Shown: positions 1 to 10,020 of the stretch, in pieces
Layout of the letters: the number at the start of each line of letters is the position of its first letter
How positions within the stretch are numbered: position 1 is the stretch's first letter
Assembly (NCBI GenBank): GCA_963736855.1
Contig: CAVTQK010000021.1
Location: 64,001 to 128,000 of the forward strand
Length of the DNA stretch: 64,000 nt
Source of the DNA: an uncultured delta proteobacterium
GTDB taxonomy: Bacteria; Desulfobacterota; Desulfobacteria; Desulfobacterales; UBA2156
Reading direction: 5' to 3'
Notes under the pieces: generated by a model
Told to the model about the DNA's origin: nothing
Database searches by the model: none
What the model saw: the letters and a program-made list of their open reading frames with translations, nothing else
Translations under genes and position numbers: made by a program

Positions 1-1
1 G

Positions 2-1000
2 ATGTTCTACGGCGGGCCATGGGCATCTGCACTTCTCGGTGGAACGGAGGTTCCCGGCGTATTGGTCAGTCAAGCATGCTCCACCTCAACGACGTGTATT
101 TTTCAGGCGGCCATGGGGATTGAGACCGGAGCCTTTGAAAATGCTTATACCCTGATGACCGATCGATGTTCCAACGGACCCCACACGGTCTGGCCGAATC
201 CCAAGGGCCCCGGCGGACAGGTGGTTTCCGAGGACTGGGTCATGGACCATTTCGGATTCGACCCATGGGGCGGAACATCCATGATCCAGACCGCTGAAAT
301 TGTGGTCAGGGAAACCGGAATCACCCGGGAACAATGCGATGCGGTTGCTTTGAGACGATACGAGCAATACAAAGACGCCCTGGCCAATGATCGGGCTTTT
401 CAGAAACGGTACATGTTTCCGGTGGAAGTCAAGGGCTCCAAGAAAAAAACCATCATGCTGGAGGCGGACGAAGGGGTAATAGAATCCACGGCAGAGGGAT
501 TGGCCGCCCTGAAGCCTGTTCTTCCCGGGGGTGCCCACACTTTCGGGGCCCAGACCCACCCGGCCGACGGCCACTGCGCCGTCATCGTCACCGGTTACGA
601 GAAGGCGCAGGTTCTCAGTGCGGATAAATCCATCAAGATCCAGATCCTTTCCTACGGATATACACGAGTCAAAAAGGCTCATATGGCCATGGCACCGGTG
701 CCGGCTGCTCAAATGGCTCTCAAAAATGCCGGGCTTTCCATCCGCGATATCAAGGTCATCAAGACTCACAACCCCTTTGCCGCCAACGACATCTATTTTG
801 CAGATCAAATGAAGATCGACGTTAACGGATTCAACAACTACGGCAGCTCGATCGTTTACGGTCACCCCCAGGCGCCCACGGCAGGAAGGCTGATCATCGA
901 AGGGATCGAGGAAGCGGTCCTGCTGGGTGGCGGTTATGTTCTATTTACCGGGTGCGCGGCGGGCGATACGGGCGCCGCCTTGGTATTGAAGGTGAATTGA
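2..1000 (+). CDS. Thiolase family protein (5'-truncated by window edge)
   Basis: QACSTS active-site Cys, HNPF variant of the NEAF motif, GHP catalytic His, C-terminal CAAG. Confidence 0.9.
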   Translation: MFYGGPWASALLGGTEVPGVLVSQACSTSTTCIFQAAMGIETGAFENAYTLMTDRCSNGPHTVWPNPKGPGGQVVSEDWVMDHFGFDPWGGTSMIQTAEIVVRETGITREQCDAVALRRYEQYKDALANDRAFQKRYMFPVEVKGSKKKTIMLEADEGVIESTAEGLAALKPVLPGGAHTFGAQTHPADGHCAVIVTGYEKAQVLSADKSIKIQILSYGYTRVKKAHMAMAPVPAAQMALKNAGLSIRDIKVIKTHNPFAANDIYFADQMKIDVNGFNNYGSSIVYGHPQAPTAGRLIIEGIEEAVLLGGGYVLFTGCAAGDTGAALVLKVN

Positions 1001-1026
1001 ACCCCTCAACGAGAAAGGAAAAGAAA

Positions 1027-2307
1027 ATGAAAGCTTTGAAAACGGGATTCCTGTTGAGTATGCTGGCATTGCTGGTTGGCGGATTGCCGGCGGGTTTTGC
1101 CCAAGCCGCCGAGCCGGTGGTTATCGGAGTGCCGACATCCCTTGGTTTTGTGGAAGGGACCGAATCTCACAAGGCCGTGGAGCTGGCGGTCAAGGAGATC
1201 AACGCCAAAGGCGGCATAACCGTGGGAAAAGAAAAACGCCTGTTTAAGGTGGAAGCTTTGGATATCCGCGATGCGGCCCCCGGCGTTCCGGTTCCCGAAG
1301 CGTTGCTCGGCATCGAAAAGATGATCCTCGAAAAAAAACCGACGGCCATCGTGGTGGGGCCTTTCCGATCCGAGGCCCTGATCGCGGGCATGGATATCCT
1401 GGCCAAATACAAAGTCCCCATGCTGGGAACCATCGCTATGACTCCGGGATCCGAGAAGAAGGTCAAAGAGGAACCTGATAAGTACAAGTATATTTTCCGA
1501 ACCTGCCTGAATGCCGGACATCTGGTCAAATATCTGGCCGGCACTATGGGGCTCATCCATGAGCAGTTCGGGTTCACCAAGGTATACGTAATGATTCAGG
1601 ATGTAGCCTGGGCACGAGCGACGGCCGACTTCGTCAAGAAGATGTATTTCGAAAAGGCCGGATGGGAGGTGCTGGAAGAAGAGGCTTATCCCACCGGGAC
1701 CTCGGATTTTTCGTCAGGTCTCATGAAAGCCAGGACAAAAGGAGCCCAGGTGATCATGCCGATCTTCGACATGCCCCAAAGCGGGGTTCTTGTGAAGCAA
1801 TGGAAATCCATGCAGGTACCGGCGCTGATGGCCGGGTTCATCTCTCCCCTGGCAGGGTCTGAAGCGTGGAAAACCTTCGAAGGTAAAATCGGTGGCGCCA
1901 TCAATGCTATCTTTGAAATGGGAAGTGCCATCGCATCGGAGAAGATTCCCCAGTCCAAGGCATTTTACGAAAAATATGAAAAGGCTTATGGCAAGGCCCT
2001 TCAGGCCGGTCACGGCCCGGCGCCTTCCTACGAGTCTGTCTATATTCTGGCAGAGGCCATCGAACGGGCTGGAAGCATCGATCCGGACGCCGTCGTGGCT
2101 GAGCTTAAAAAAACCGATCGCAACGGCGTGATGGGACGTATTAAATATGATGAGGGACATCAGGTCGTATACGGGTTCGATCCCAAGGAAACTGCGGTTG
2201 CCGCTGTGTTCCAATGGACGGAAGACGGAAAACGCCAGATTGTGTTTCCGGAATCCGTAGCTGATGCCAAGATCATGCTGCCGAAAGGACTCAAATCGCT
2301 GAAGTAA
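1027..2307 (+). CDS. Branched-chain amino acid/organic acid ABC transporter substrate-binding protein (LivK-like)
   Basis: Signal peptide ending AQA; AVKEINAKGG and AEAIERAGS motifs; first transporter gene of a liv-like operon. Confidence 0.9.
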   Translation: MKALKTGFLLSMLALLVGGLPAGFAQAAEPVVIGVPTSLGFVEGTESHKAVELAVKEINAKGGITVGKEKRLFKVEALDIRDAAPGVPVPEALLGIEKMILEKKPTAIVVGPFRSEALIAGMDILAKYKVPMLGTIAMTPGSEKKVKEEPDKYKYIFRTCLNAGHLVKYLAGTMGLIHEQFGFTKVYVMIQDVAWARATADFVKKMYFEKAGWEVLEEEAYPTGTSDFSSGLMKARTKGAQVIMPIFDMPQSGVLVKQWKSMQVPALMAGFISPLAGSEAWKTFEGKIGGAINAIFEMGSAIASEKIPQSKAFYEKYEKAYGKALQAGHGPAPSYESVYILAEAIERAGSIDPDAVVAELKKTDRNGVMGRIKYDEGHQVVYGFDPKETAVAAVFQWTEDGKRQIVFPESVADAKIMLPKGLKSLK

Positions 2308-2311
2308 GATC

Positions 2312-2389
2312 TTAAGGGGGCAAAGGTCACTTTCTTTGCCCCCGATTTATCTGTTATAGTTAATCCATGTTCAGGGTTTGCCCCCTTAA
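2312..2389. repeat. Intergenic inverted repeat / hairpin after the binding-protein gene
   Basis: GGGGGCAAAG (2316-2325) pairs with CTTTGCCCCC (2334-2343); TTAAGGGGGCAAA (2312-2324) is also the exact reverse complement of 2377-2389. Confidence 0.7.
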
Positions 2390-2469
2390 TAAGCCCTGCG
2401 GTAACAAGTCATTCAAGTCTGCAGATCCCGACGGTCATGGATCCGCGGCGCGTCGGGAGCGTGGACCTT

Positions 2470-3342
2470 ATGTTTTTAGGTACCATCATTTACGCCTTGA
2501 TCAACAGCGTGGTCCTGGCGCTGATGGCCGTCGGTTTCAACCTGACCTTCGGCATCAGCGGCGTAGCCAATTTCGCGTATGGGGCCATGTATATTCTGGC
2601 GGCATACACCTGCTGGATACTCGTCAACCTCGTGCACCTTCCGTATATCGTCTCCATTATCGGCTCCATTTTATTGACCATGCTCCTGGGCGCTTTCATG
2701 TATCGATTCGTCCTGCTGAGGGTTCGCGGCCAGGTGCTTTCGGAGGTCATCGCCACTTTCGGCATCGGGCTGGCCACCCTGGAGCTTTTCAATCATCTCG
2801 GTTTTATCGGTTTTGAGTATTCCCTTCCGGTCTTTATCGATCGGAGTTTCATGGTTGCCGGCACCTTTGTGGACATGCAAAGGATCCTCATCGTGTGTGC
2901 CGGGATCCTGTTGGTGGGTGGGCTGTGGATATTCACCCACTATACCGCGCTGGGGCTTGCCTTCAGGGGTATCGCTCAGGATGAGCGCACCGCACTCACC
3001 CTGGGGATCGATTCGGATCGGATCGGCATGCTCAGTGTGGCCTTCGGGTGCGGCCTTGCAGCTGTCGCCGCGGTGATCATCATCCCGTTGGGAAGTATTT
3101 CTCCGGGAGAAGGGTACGAAGTGCTGATCAAGGCGCTGGCCGTCTGTATCATCGGCGGGCTGGGGAGCACCGGGGGAGTCATTGTTGCCAGTTTTATCGT
3201 CGGGTTTGCCGAGCGCTTCACCGACACCTATATCGGATCCCACTGGACTATGATCGTCAGCCTGGCGGCTATTCTGGTCGTGCTGGTCGTCAAACCCTCC
3301 GGGCTTTTCGGGAAACAAAAAGAGCTGGAAGAAAGGATATAG
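2470..3342 (+). CDS. livH: Branched-chain amino acid ABC transporter permease (LivH-like)
   Basis: GFNLTFGISGVANFAYG, IIGGLGS and KPSGLFG motifs; hydrophobic. Confidence 0.9.
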   Translation: MFLGTIIYALINSVVLALMAVGFNLTFGISGVANFAYGAMYILAAYTCWILVNLVHLPYIVSIIGSILLTMLLGAFMYRFVLLRVRGQVLSEVIATFGIGLATLELFNHLGFIGFEYSLPVFIDRSFMVAGTFVDMQRILIVCAGILLVGGLWIFTHYTALGLAFRGIAQDERTALTLGIDSDRIGMLSVAFGCGLAAVAAVIIIPLGSISPGEGYEVLIKALAVCIIGGLGSTGGVIVASFIVGFAERFTDTYIGSHWTMIVSLAAILVVLVVKPSGLFGKQKELEERI

Positions 3343-3346
3343 GTCC

Positions 3347-4348
3347 TTGGAAAAACGAAAAGAGCGCGTGGAGCGGGGAATCAAAGTCCGATCGAATGAT
3401 GTTTTCGCGCTGACTTCCTGGCGTGAAATGCTCTACCTTTCCGCCCCGCGGCTTCTTCCGGTTTTGGGGTTTTTGATTCTACCGGCCTTTCTCAATGCCT
3501 ATTGGCAGAAAGTCTTCTTGTCGGTCGCGATTTTTGCCCTATTGGCCATCAGCTGGGATATCCTGGCCCAGAGCGGGATGATCTCCCTGGGCCAGGCTCT
3601 TTTTTTCGGCACCGGTGCATACTGTTCCGGCATCATGAACCATTACTTCGGATGGCACCCTTTGATCGCTCTTCCGCTGGCTACGATATCCGGAGGCCTG
3701 ATCTGCACGGTGACCCTTCTGCCGGTATTGAGGCTTCGAGGGGTCTATTTTTCCATGGTCACCCTCATTATCCCCCTGATGCTGGTTCGCATCGTGGAGG
3801 CTACCAAGGTCTTCGGCGGCACCGAGGGTCTCAGCGGCATCGATCCCTTTTCCTCCCTTTGGATTGAGATTTATCTGGTGGCTGTTGCCCTTTTAGGAGT
3901 GCTTTTCGGGTTTCGACGGATGATGGATTCCGATTACGGGCTGGTTCTCAAGGGAATCGCCGACAACGACCGTTCCGTTATGAACGCCGGGATCAATATC
4001 TACTGGTTCAAGGCCCAGGCCCTTTTCATCTCCAGCAGTATCGGCGCTTTTGCAGGGGCCTTCATGACCCACGTGTACATGTTCGTCGGAATGCCTGTGT
4101 TTGCGCTCGACTATTCGATTTTACCCATCGCCGCCGCAGTGGTCGGAGGACCCGGGACCCTGGCAGGGGCAACCCTGGGGGCCTGTATCCTCGTTCCGTT
4201 GTCGGAGATCCTCAGGGGAATCGGAGGATTGCGGATCGTTTTATACGGGATGTTTTTGGTCGTATTTATCGTCGGACTTCCGGAAGGGCTTTTTCATTAT
4301 ATCCAGCGCAAATACAACCAGTTTGAACGATGGGTCGAGGTGGAGTAA
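3347..4348 (+). CDS. livM: Branched-chain amino acid ABC transporter permease (LivM-like)
   Basis: SLGQALFFGTGAY, LRGVYF, VVGGPGT and PEGL motifs; TTG start. Confidence 0.9.
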   Translation: MEKRKERVERGIKVRSNDVFALTSWREMLYLSAPRLLPVLGFLILPAFLNAYWQKVFLSVAIFALLAISWDILAQSGMISLGQALFFGTGAYCSGIMNHYFGWHPLIALPLATISGGLICTVTLLPVLRLRGVYFSMVTLIIPLMLVRIVEATKVFGGTEGLSGIDPFSSLWIEIYLVAVALLGVLFGFRRMMDSDYGLVLKGIADNDRSVMNAGINIYWFKAQALFISSSIGAFAGAFMTHVYMFVGMPVFALDYSILPIAAAVVGGPGTLAGATLGACILVPLSEILRGIGGLRIVLYGMFLVVFIVGLPEGLFHYIQRKYNQFERWVEVE

Positions 4349-5097
4349 TGAACTCCGGGCCGATTCTTGAGGTCTCCGGTCTTTATAAGAATTTCGGCGG
4401 GGTTCAGGCCGTCAACGACCTGAGTTTTTCGCTTGGTCAGGGGGAACTCCTCGGCCTCATCGGTCCCAACGGGTCCGGAAAGACGACGGCCGTGAATCTC
4501 ATCACCGGTTTCGTGAAACCCACCGAAGGGGAAATCGTATTTGAGGGCAATGACGTCACCGGCATGCCTCCTTACAAAATCGTTCGCCTGGGTATCAGCA
4601 GGACCTTTCAAATGGTCAAGCCCTTCTATCATCTTCCGGCATTCAAAAACATGATCATCCCCCTGTATTCCCCCAGGGTCAAGAAAATGCGGGGAGGCAA
4701 GTACGGAGATAGAGACGCCGTGGCCTTGGACCTACTGGAAGAGGTCGGCTTCGAGAGGGATTCCATGGTGGCTTACAAGAGCGCCGGTGCGCTCCCCCAG
4801 GGCTATCTGAAGCGCCTGGAACTGGCAAAGGCCATCGCACTGAATCCGAACCTGATCATCCTGGATGAGCTCTTTTCAGGCCTGAGCCTGGCGGAAGTGG
4901 CGGGTATCGTCCCGATTATTGAAAAGCTGCGTATTCAAGGAAAAACCATCATCATGATCGAACACCGGCTCAAAGAGCTCTTCCGTATTGCGGATCGGAT
5001 CCTCGTTCTCAATTATGGACAGAAGATCGCCGAGGGGAAGTCCGCCGATGTCATGGAAAGCGCGGAAGTCAAGAGGGCATATCTGGGAACGGAATGA
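4348..5097 (+). CDS. livG: ABC transporter ATP-binding protein (LivG-like)
   Basis: Walker A GPNGSGKT, RTFQ, Walker B ILDE, C-terminal AYLG. Confidence 0.9.
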   Translation: MNSGPILEVSGLYKNFGGVQAVNDLSFSLGQGELLGLIGPNGSGKTTAVNLITGFVKPTEGEIVFEGNDVTGMPPYKIVRLGISRTFQMVKPFYHLPAFKNMIIPLYSPRVKKMRGGKYGDRDAVALDLLEEVGFERDSMVAYKSAGALPQGYLKRLELAKAIALNPNLIILDELFSGLSLAEVAGIVPIIEKLRIQGKTIIMIEHRLKELFRIADRILVLNYGQKIAEGKSADVMESAEVKRAYLGTE

Positions 5098-5101
5098 CGC
5101 C

Positions 5102-5851
5102 ATGTTGCTGGAAGTGAAAAACCTGATGGTCTTTTTCGAAAACGCGCTGGCAATCAACGATCTCAGCATGTACGTGCAGGAAGGGGAGCGGGTCGGGATC
5201 ATCGGATCCAACAGCGCCGGAAAGACCACATTGATGAACTCCCTGTCCGGATTGATCATTCATATGCGCATCAAGGAGAAGCGACGGGGAGGGGAGCGCA
5301 TAACGCTTTACGGTAAGATCCTGTTTGACGGGGAAGACATCACCGAGACCTCACCCAGCGATCGGGTGAAAAAAGGGATTGTTCTTTCCCGGGAACGGCA
5401 CCCGATTTTCCCGGAAAGCAGCGTGCTGGAAAATCTGAAGATTGCCGGCTATCTGCGATCCCGGGCCCAGGTCGCCCAGGGGGTGGAACAGGCCTTTGCC
5501 CTGTTTCCGCCCTTATCGGACCTTCGGAGACGAAAGGCAGGCTTCCTGAGCGGCGGCGAGCAGCAGATGCTGGCCATCGGGATGGCCCTGGTGGTGGGAC
5601 CAAGGCTCTTGCTCCTGGATGAGCCGCTTTTGGGATTGAGCCCCCTGATGCAGCGGACCCTGATGGATGCCGTGGTGAAATTGAAAGAGGAGACCGGCAT
5701 TACCATACTGCTCAGCGAACAGTTTGCCCGGCCCGTCTTGCCGGTGATCGATCGGGGATACGTGGTGGAAAACGGCATGCTGGCCCTTCAGGGGACCGGC
5801 CGGGAGCTCATGGATAACCCGGAGATCAAATCCGCCTATTTCGGCATATAG
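5102..5851 (+). CDS. livF: ABC transporter ATP-binding protein (LivF-like)
   Basis: GSNSAGKT, LSGGEQQMLA, LLLDEP. Confidence 0.9.
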   Translation: MLLEVKNLMVFFENALAINDLSMYVQEGERVGIIGSNSAGKTTLMNSLSGLIIHMRIKEKRRGGERITLYGKILFDGEDITETSPSDRVKKGIVLSRERHPIFPESSVLENLKIAGYLRSRAQVAQGVEQAFALFPPLSDLRRRKAGFLSGGEQQMLAIGMALVVGPRLLLLDEPLLGLSPLMQRTLMDAVVKLKEETGITILLSEQFARPVLPVIDRGYVVENGMLALQGTGRELMDNPEIKSAYFGI

Positions 5852-5860
5852 GAAGCCCAC

Positions 5861-7504
5861 ATGGTGGATCTAAATGAACAGAGCATTTTTTCGGTTTTTA
5901 AAGAATGTGCCGAAAAACGGCCTGGCAAGACCGCTGTTTTTTATTTAGGAACCCGCTTTTCCTACGGCCGTGTCATGGACCTTGCCTCAAGGTTTGCTTA
6001 CGCACTTTCCGACCTAAAGATCGGCCCGGGTTGCAAGGTGATGCTTTATCTTCCCAACAGCATCCAATGGGTGGTGGCCTGGTTGGGTCTTCAACGCATC
6101 GGCGCCGTTCCGGTTCCCGTCACCCCTATTTATACACCCCACGATCTCACATACATCGCCAACGACAGCGGTGCCGAGTGCATTGTTTGTATGGATACCA
6201 ATTTCGGCTATGTATCCAAGGTCCTCCCGGAAACTGGTATTCAAACGGTCATCGTTTCCAACATGGTGGACCTGCTTCCGGCATGGAAACGCGCCTTCGG
6301 CTTTCTTTTTGATGTGGTTTCAAGAGGGAATGTCGGTTGGGGGGAACGGGTGCATCCTTTACGGCGACTTCTGTCTCGACATAGCCGGTCTTCCGACAGG
6401 CTGCCGGCACCTAAAAACGGCGGCGCCCTTACGGCGGAGATCCTGTATACCGGCGGGACCACAAAATTCCCCAAGGGGGTTCCCATATCCCACGCCTTTT
6501 TCTTGATATCCGCTCATGAGCAGATTCACATCCCTGATCCGCTTTTTCCTCCGGAAGACAACGTGGTCATGGGGAACGCTCCACTGTTTCATATCCTGGG
6601 ACAGACCTGCAGTTTATCCACCCTTTTGACCGGGGGTTCCCTGATCATTCAGCCCAGAGTGAATCTGGATGCGGCCTTCGATGCCATTCAAAGGTTCAAG
6701 GCCAAAAGCATGATCGGCGTCCCCATGCTCTACCGAATGATCCTGGAGCATGCCCGCCTGGATCAATACGATTTGAGTTCCATCGACTACTACTTCAGCG
6801 GCGGAGATGTCCTGCCCGTGGAGATCGGAAAACGCTGGAAAGAACGATTCAACCGCACGATACATCAGGGCTACGGCGCCACGGAGACCTGCGGCGGGGT
6901 GGCCATGTGCCCGGTCGACCGTGAGCATCCGGCCAAAAGCGCGGGACTTGTGGTGCCCAGTAAAACGACCTGCATCATGGATCCGTCAACCCTGGAGCCG
7001 GTTGGCCCTGGGGAGCCCGGAGAATTGTGGGTCTCTTCCCCTGAAATGGTTACGGCATATCTGAACAAACCGGAAGAAACCGCAGAGGCGTTCATCGAAA
7101 AAGACGGACGGACGTGGTACCGGACCACCGATATCATGTCGATGGATGAAAACGGGTACCTTTACTTTGTGGATCGGACCGTGGACACCATCAAACACAA
7201 GGGATACCGGGTTTCCGCCTCCGAGATCGAGACGGTGCTGCAGGAGCATCCTGCGGTGGTTGCTTCATGCGTGGTGGGGATTCCGGACGAAAAAGTCGGA
7301 GAACGGATCAAGGCTTACGTGGTGCTCAAGGAAGACGTCAAGGGGATCACCGGTCAGGATCTCATCAAGTGGTGCAGAAAGAGCCTGGTTTCCTATAAAG
7401 TGCCGCACTACATCGAATTCAGGGATATGCTCCCGAAATCAAAGGTCGGAAAATTGCTGCGGAGAGAAATCCGCAGCGAAGAAAAGAGGAGGAGCGCGAT
7501 CTGA
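5861..7504 (+). CDS. AMP-binding acyl-CoA synthetase/ligase
   Basis: YTGGTTKFPKG, GYGATE and PKSKVGKLLRR motifs. Confidence 0.92.
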   Translation: MVDLNEQSIFSVFKECAEKRPGKTAVFYLGTRFSYGRVMDLASRFAYALSDLKIGPGCKVMLYLPNSIQWVVAWLGLQRIGAVPVPVTPIYTPHDLTYIANDSGAECIVCMDTNFGYVSKVLPETGIQTVIVSNMVDLLPAWKRAFGFLFDVVSRGNVGWGERVHPLRRLLSRHSRSSDRLPAPKNGGALTAEILYTGGTTKFPKGVPISHAFFLISAHEQIHIPDPLFPPEDNVVMGNAPLFHILGQTCSLSTLLTGGSLIIQPRVNLDAAFDAIQRFKAKSMIGVPMLYRMILEHARLDQYDLSSIDYYFSGGDVLPVEIGKRWKERFNRTIHQGYGATETCGGVAMCPVDREHPAKSAGLVVPSKTTCIMDPSTLEPVGPGEPGELWVSSPEMVTAYLNKPEETAEAFIEKDGRTWYRTTDIMSMDENGYLYFVDRTVDTIKHKGYRVSASEIETVLQEHPAVVASCVVGIPDEKVGERIKAYVVLKEDVKGITGQDLIKWCRKSLVSYKVPHYIEFRDMLPKSKVGKLLRREIRSEEKRRSAI

Positions 7505-8646
7505 TGGATTTTTCATTGAACAAGGAACAGAAAGATATTCAGAAGGCGGCGCGGGAGTTCGCCGTGAAAGAATTCACGGATAAAGCCCAGGTCTTCGATC
7601 GGGAGGAGAGGTTTGATCTGTCCATATGGAAAAAGGCTTGCGACCTGGGATTCGTGGGCGTTTTCATCGATGAGCAATACGGGGGTGCGGGATACGGCTT
7701 CTTCGAGCATTGCCTGATTGCCGAAGAGTTCTGGGCCGCAGACCCGGGGATCGGTGCCGCCATCTTGTCCGCAACCTTCGGGTCCGAATTGCTCCTCCTT
7801 TACGGTACACAAAAGCAGAAAGAAACGATCCTTCCCCAACTCGTGTCCGGGGAGGCCATGATCGGCACCGCCATAACGGAACCGGACGCCGGAAGTGATG
7901 TCACCTCGGCGGTTACCGCCGCCGTTGAAGACGGCAATGATTGGGTGATCAACGGCTCCAAGATGTTCATCACCAACGGGTCCCTGGCCCGGTATATGAT
8001 GGTTTTTTGCCTGACCGATCCGGAAAACCCGTCCCGCCACCACCGGCACAGTTTTTTTGTGGTCAAAACAGATACGCCGGGATTCAAGGCCATCAAAATC
8101 CACGGCAAAATGGGAATCCGGGCTTCAGACACCTCCGAACTCGTCTTGAAGGATGTGCGGATCCCGGCGGAGAACCTGTTGGGAAAACGTGGGGAAGGGT
8201 TTCACCAACTCATGTCTTTTTTCAACCGAACCCGGCTGCATATCTGCGCTCAGGCCGTGGGGCTTGCCAGGGCCGCCCTGGAGGAGTCGATCCGGCACAT
8301 CAAAAACCGCAGGCAGTTCGGTCAGCCCCTGGCTTCTTTTCAGGCCATTCAGTTTAAGATTGCCGAGATGGCCACATGGATTCGGGCCGCCCGGAATCTT
8401 TACTACGAAGCGGCCTGGAGAACCGATCAGGGAAAACTCGATCACGCCCTGGTGGCCATGGCCAAATGGTTTTCCGCCAGGATGGCGGTCCGCTGCGCCG
8501 ACGAGGCCCTCCAAATGCACGGCGGGTACGGATATATCGACGAGTACAAAGTGCAGCGCCTCTACCGGGACGCAAAAATCCTGGAGATCTACGAAGGGAC
8601 CCGGGAAATGGAAAAGGTAATCATCGCACGATCCCTCTTGGGATAA
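7504..8646 (+). CDS. Acyl-CoA dehydrogenase
   Basis: TEPDAGSD, NGSKMFITNG, RRQFG, QMHGGYGY, IYEGT. Confidence 0.95.
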   Translation: MDFSLNKEQKDIQKAAREFAVKEFTDKAQVFDREERFDLSIWKKACDLGFVGVFIDEQYGGAGYGFFEHCLIAEEFWAADPGIGAAILSATFGSELLLLYGTQKQKETILPQLVSGEAMIGTAITEPDAGSDVTSAVTAAVEDGNDWVINGSKMFITNGSLARYMMVFCLTDPENPSRHHRHSFFVVKTDTPGFKAIKIHGKMGIRASDTSELVLKDVRIPAENLLGKRGEGFHQLMSFFNRTRLHICAQAVGLARAALEESIRHIKNRRQFGQPLASFQAIQFKIAEMATWIRAARNLYYEAAWRTDQGKLDHALVAMAKWFSARMAVRCADEALQMHGGYGYIDEYKVQRLYRDAKILEIYEGTREMEKVIIARSLLG

Positions 8647-8656
8647 TTAAGTAAGA

Positions 8657-8920
8657 CCTAAATTGAGCGATTTTCGAATTTGCCGCAGATGCAAGGCGTC
8701 CGGAAGCGAAGGCGTACAATTCGTACGTCGAGCTTTCGGCAACGTAGCAGATGCAGTGAAATCGGAAATCCCAAAGGGTTTTCAATTTGGCAAATAATTC
8801 CACCGCATGCAATTTATGGTACACTCGATGGGTGGGCAATTGGAAGGGTCAACTCCGTTCCAACAAAAAGATATTCAAACACAATTCTTTTTTTGCCGAA
8901 TTGAAAACGATCAGTTTAGG
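8657..8920. mobile_element. ~264-bp MITE-like element with imperfect TIRs and a structured core
   Basis: Left end CCTAAATTGAGCGATTTTC vs reverse complement of right end CCTAAACTGATCGTTTTC; flanks TAAGA/TAATA; hairpin core related to the 23790 and 35820 elements. Confidence 0.6.
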
Positions 8921-9142
8921 TAATAAAAATTTCTCCAATGCTCGGGTTAGGAAATGAATCTTTGCATCGATAAGATTCATCAATTCTGCGGATTCAAGAG
9001 TGAGCATTGATAGCCGAAAGCTTCTAGTTTTATGATACGGCAGCCATAATGTCGGGACGCTGCCCAAGCCTCGCCAATGATTGAATTTCCCATTTAAGAC
9101 GGCGTTTCCCAGCCTCCCGTAGAGTAGTGCCGGTTGTGTTGA

Positions 9143-9361
9143 TCAGGCATAAGCCAAGCGACCCTTCGGTTGAGGGATAGGCCTACCAATTTCCTTGGCA
9201 GTTTCAATCCACTCTTCGATAATTTTTTCAGCATTGCTAAGAGCCTCCTGGTAGGTCTTGCCGTCGGCCATACATCCTGGAAGTTCAGGAACCTCGGCCA
9301 CATATGCATTGTCTTCGGCACTCCAAAAAATGATTATTTCATATCTCTTACCCATGGTCAC
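9143..9361 (-). CDS. hicB: HicB family antitoxin (short form)
   Basis: YVAEVPELPGCMADGKTYQEAL...GRPIPQP. Confidence 0.9.
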   Translation of the reverse strand: MTMGKRYEIIIFWSAEDNAYVAEVPELPGCMADGKTYQEALSNAEKIIEEWIETAKEIGRPIPQPKGRLAYA

Positions 9362-9612
9362 TCTCCGATACGAATTTGATAGTTCAGGATTATTTCCCTG
9401 ACCTGCTTAACTTGGTACGGTTTCCCTTTACTGTCCTTTGGTTGTAGGTTGAGTATTTCCTCAACGCCATCCTTGGTAAAAATGTGATTATCACCTTTGA
9501 CACGCTCCCTAAAACCAAGCCGTTTGAGCAAGGCGCATAAAGTTTCGAATGGGACGTTCGCGTCTGATCGGCGCATCAAGATATGCTCATACAGCTTTTC
9601 GATTTTGCCCAT
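9358..9612 (-). CDS. hicA: HicA family mRNA interferase toxin
   Basis: LGFRERVKGDNHIF...KPYQVKQVR; 4-bp overlap with hicB. Confidence 0.85.
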   Translation of the reverse strand: MGKIEKLYEHILMRRSDANVPFETLCALLKRLGFRERVKGDNHIFTKDGVEEILNLQPKDSKGKPYQVKQVREIILNYQIRIGE

Positions 9613-9870
9613 GTTCGGATCTTATCATTTATTCCCCAATGTTAAAAGCCTCTATTCATCCTCCGAGCACTTCTTGCCAAAAAAGTCCACGGTTGAAATC
9701 AGCCGATCACAACCGAGCACTGCTTGCCAAGAGATATAGAATTTCCCCCTATATCCAAAACTGTCCTTCAGCAAGGACTATATTCCCGCCGAACAGACAG
9801 ATATCATAATTGATGATTCATTTCTAAATGGTTGAATTTGCCGATACAAAATAAGGTGCCGGTTTCTAAA

Positions 9871-9899
9871 TTGACATACAACGAGCCCCTTGCTATAAC
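9871..9899 (+). promoter_or_regulatory. Sigma70-type promoter upstream of the DUF4189 gene
   Basis: TTGACA - 17 nt - TATAAC with an extended -10 TG. Confidence 0.6.
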
Positions 9900-10020
9900 T
9901 CACCAAAATAAAAGCGTTTTCCCGGCGTTAACGGAGGCGGGACGAGCGGCATTCCCGTGGTGGAGCGACGAGTGCGCCAGGAGCGTCCGGATGCAAGAGA
10001 TACAAAAACAGGAGGCAAAC

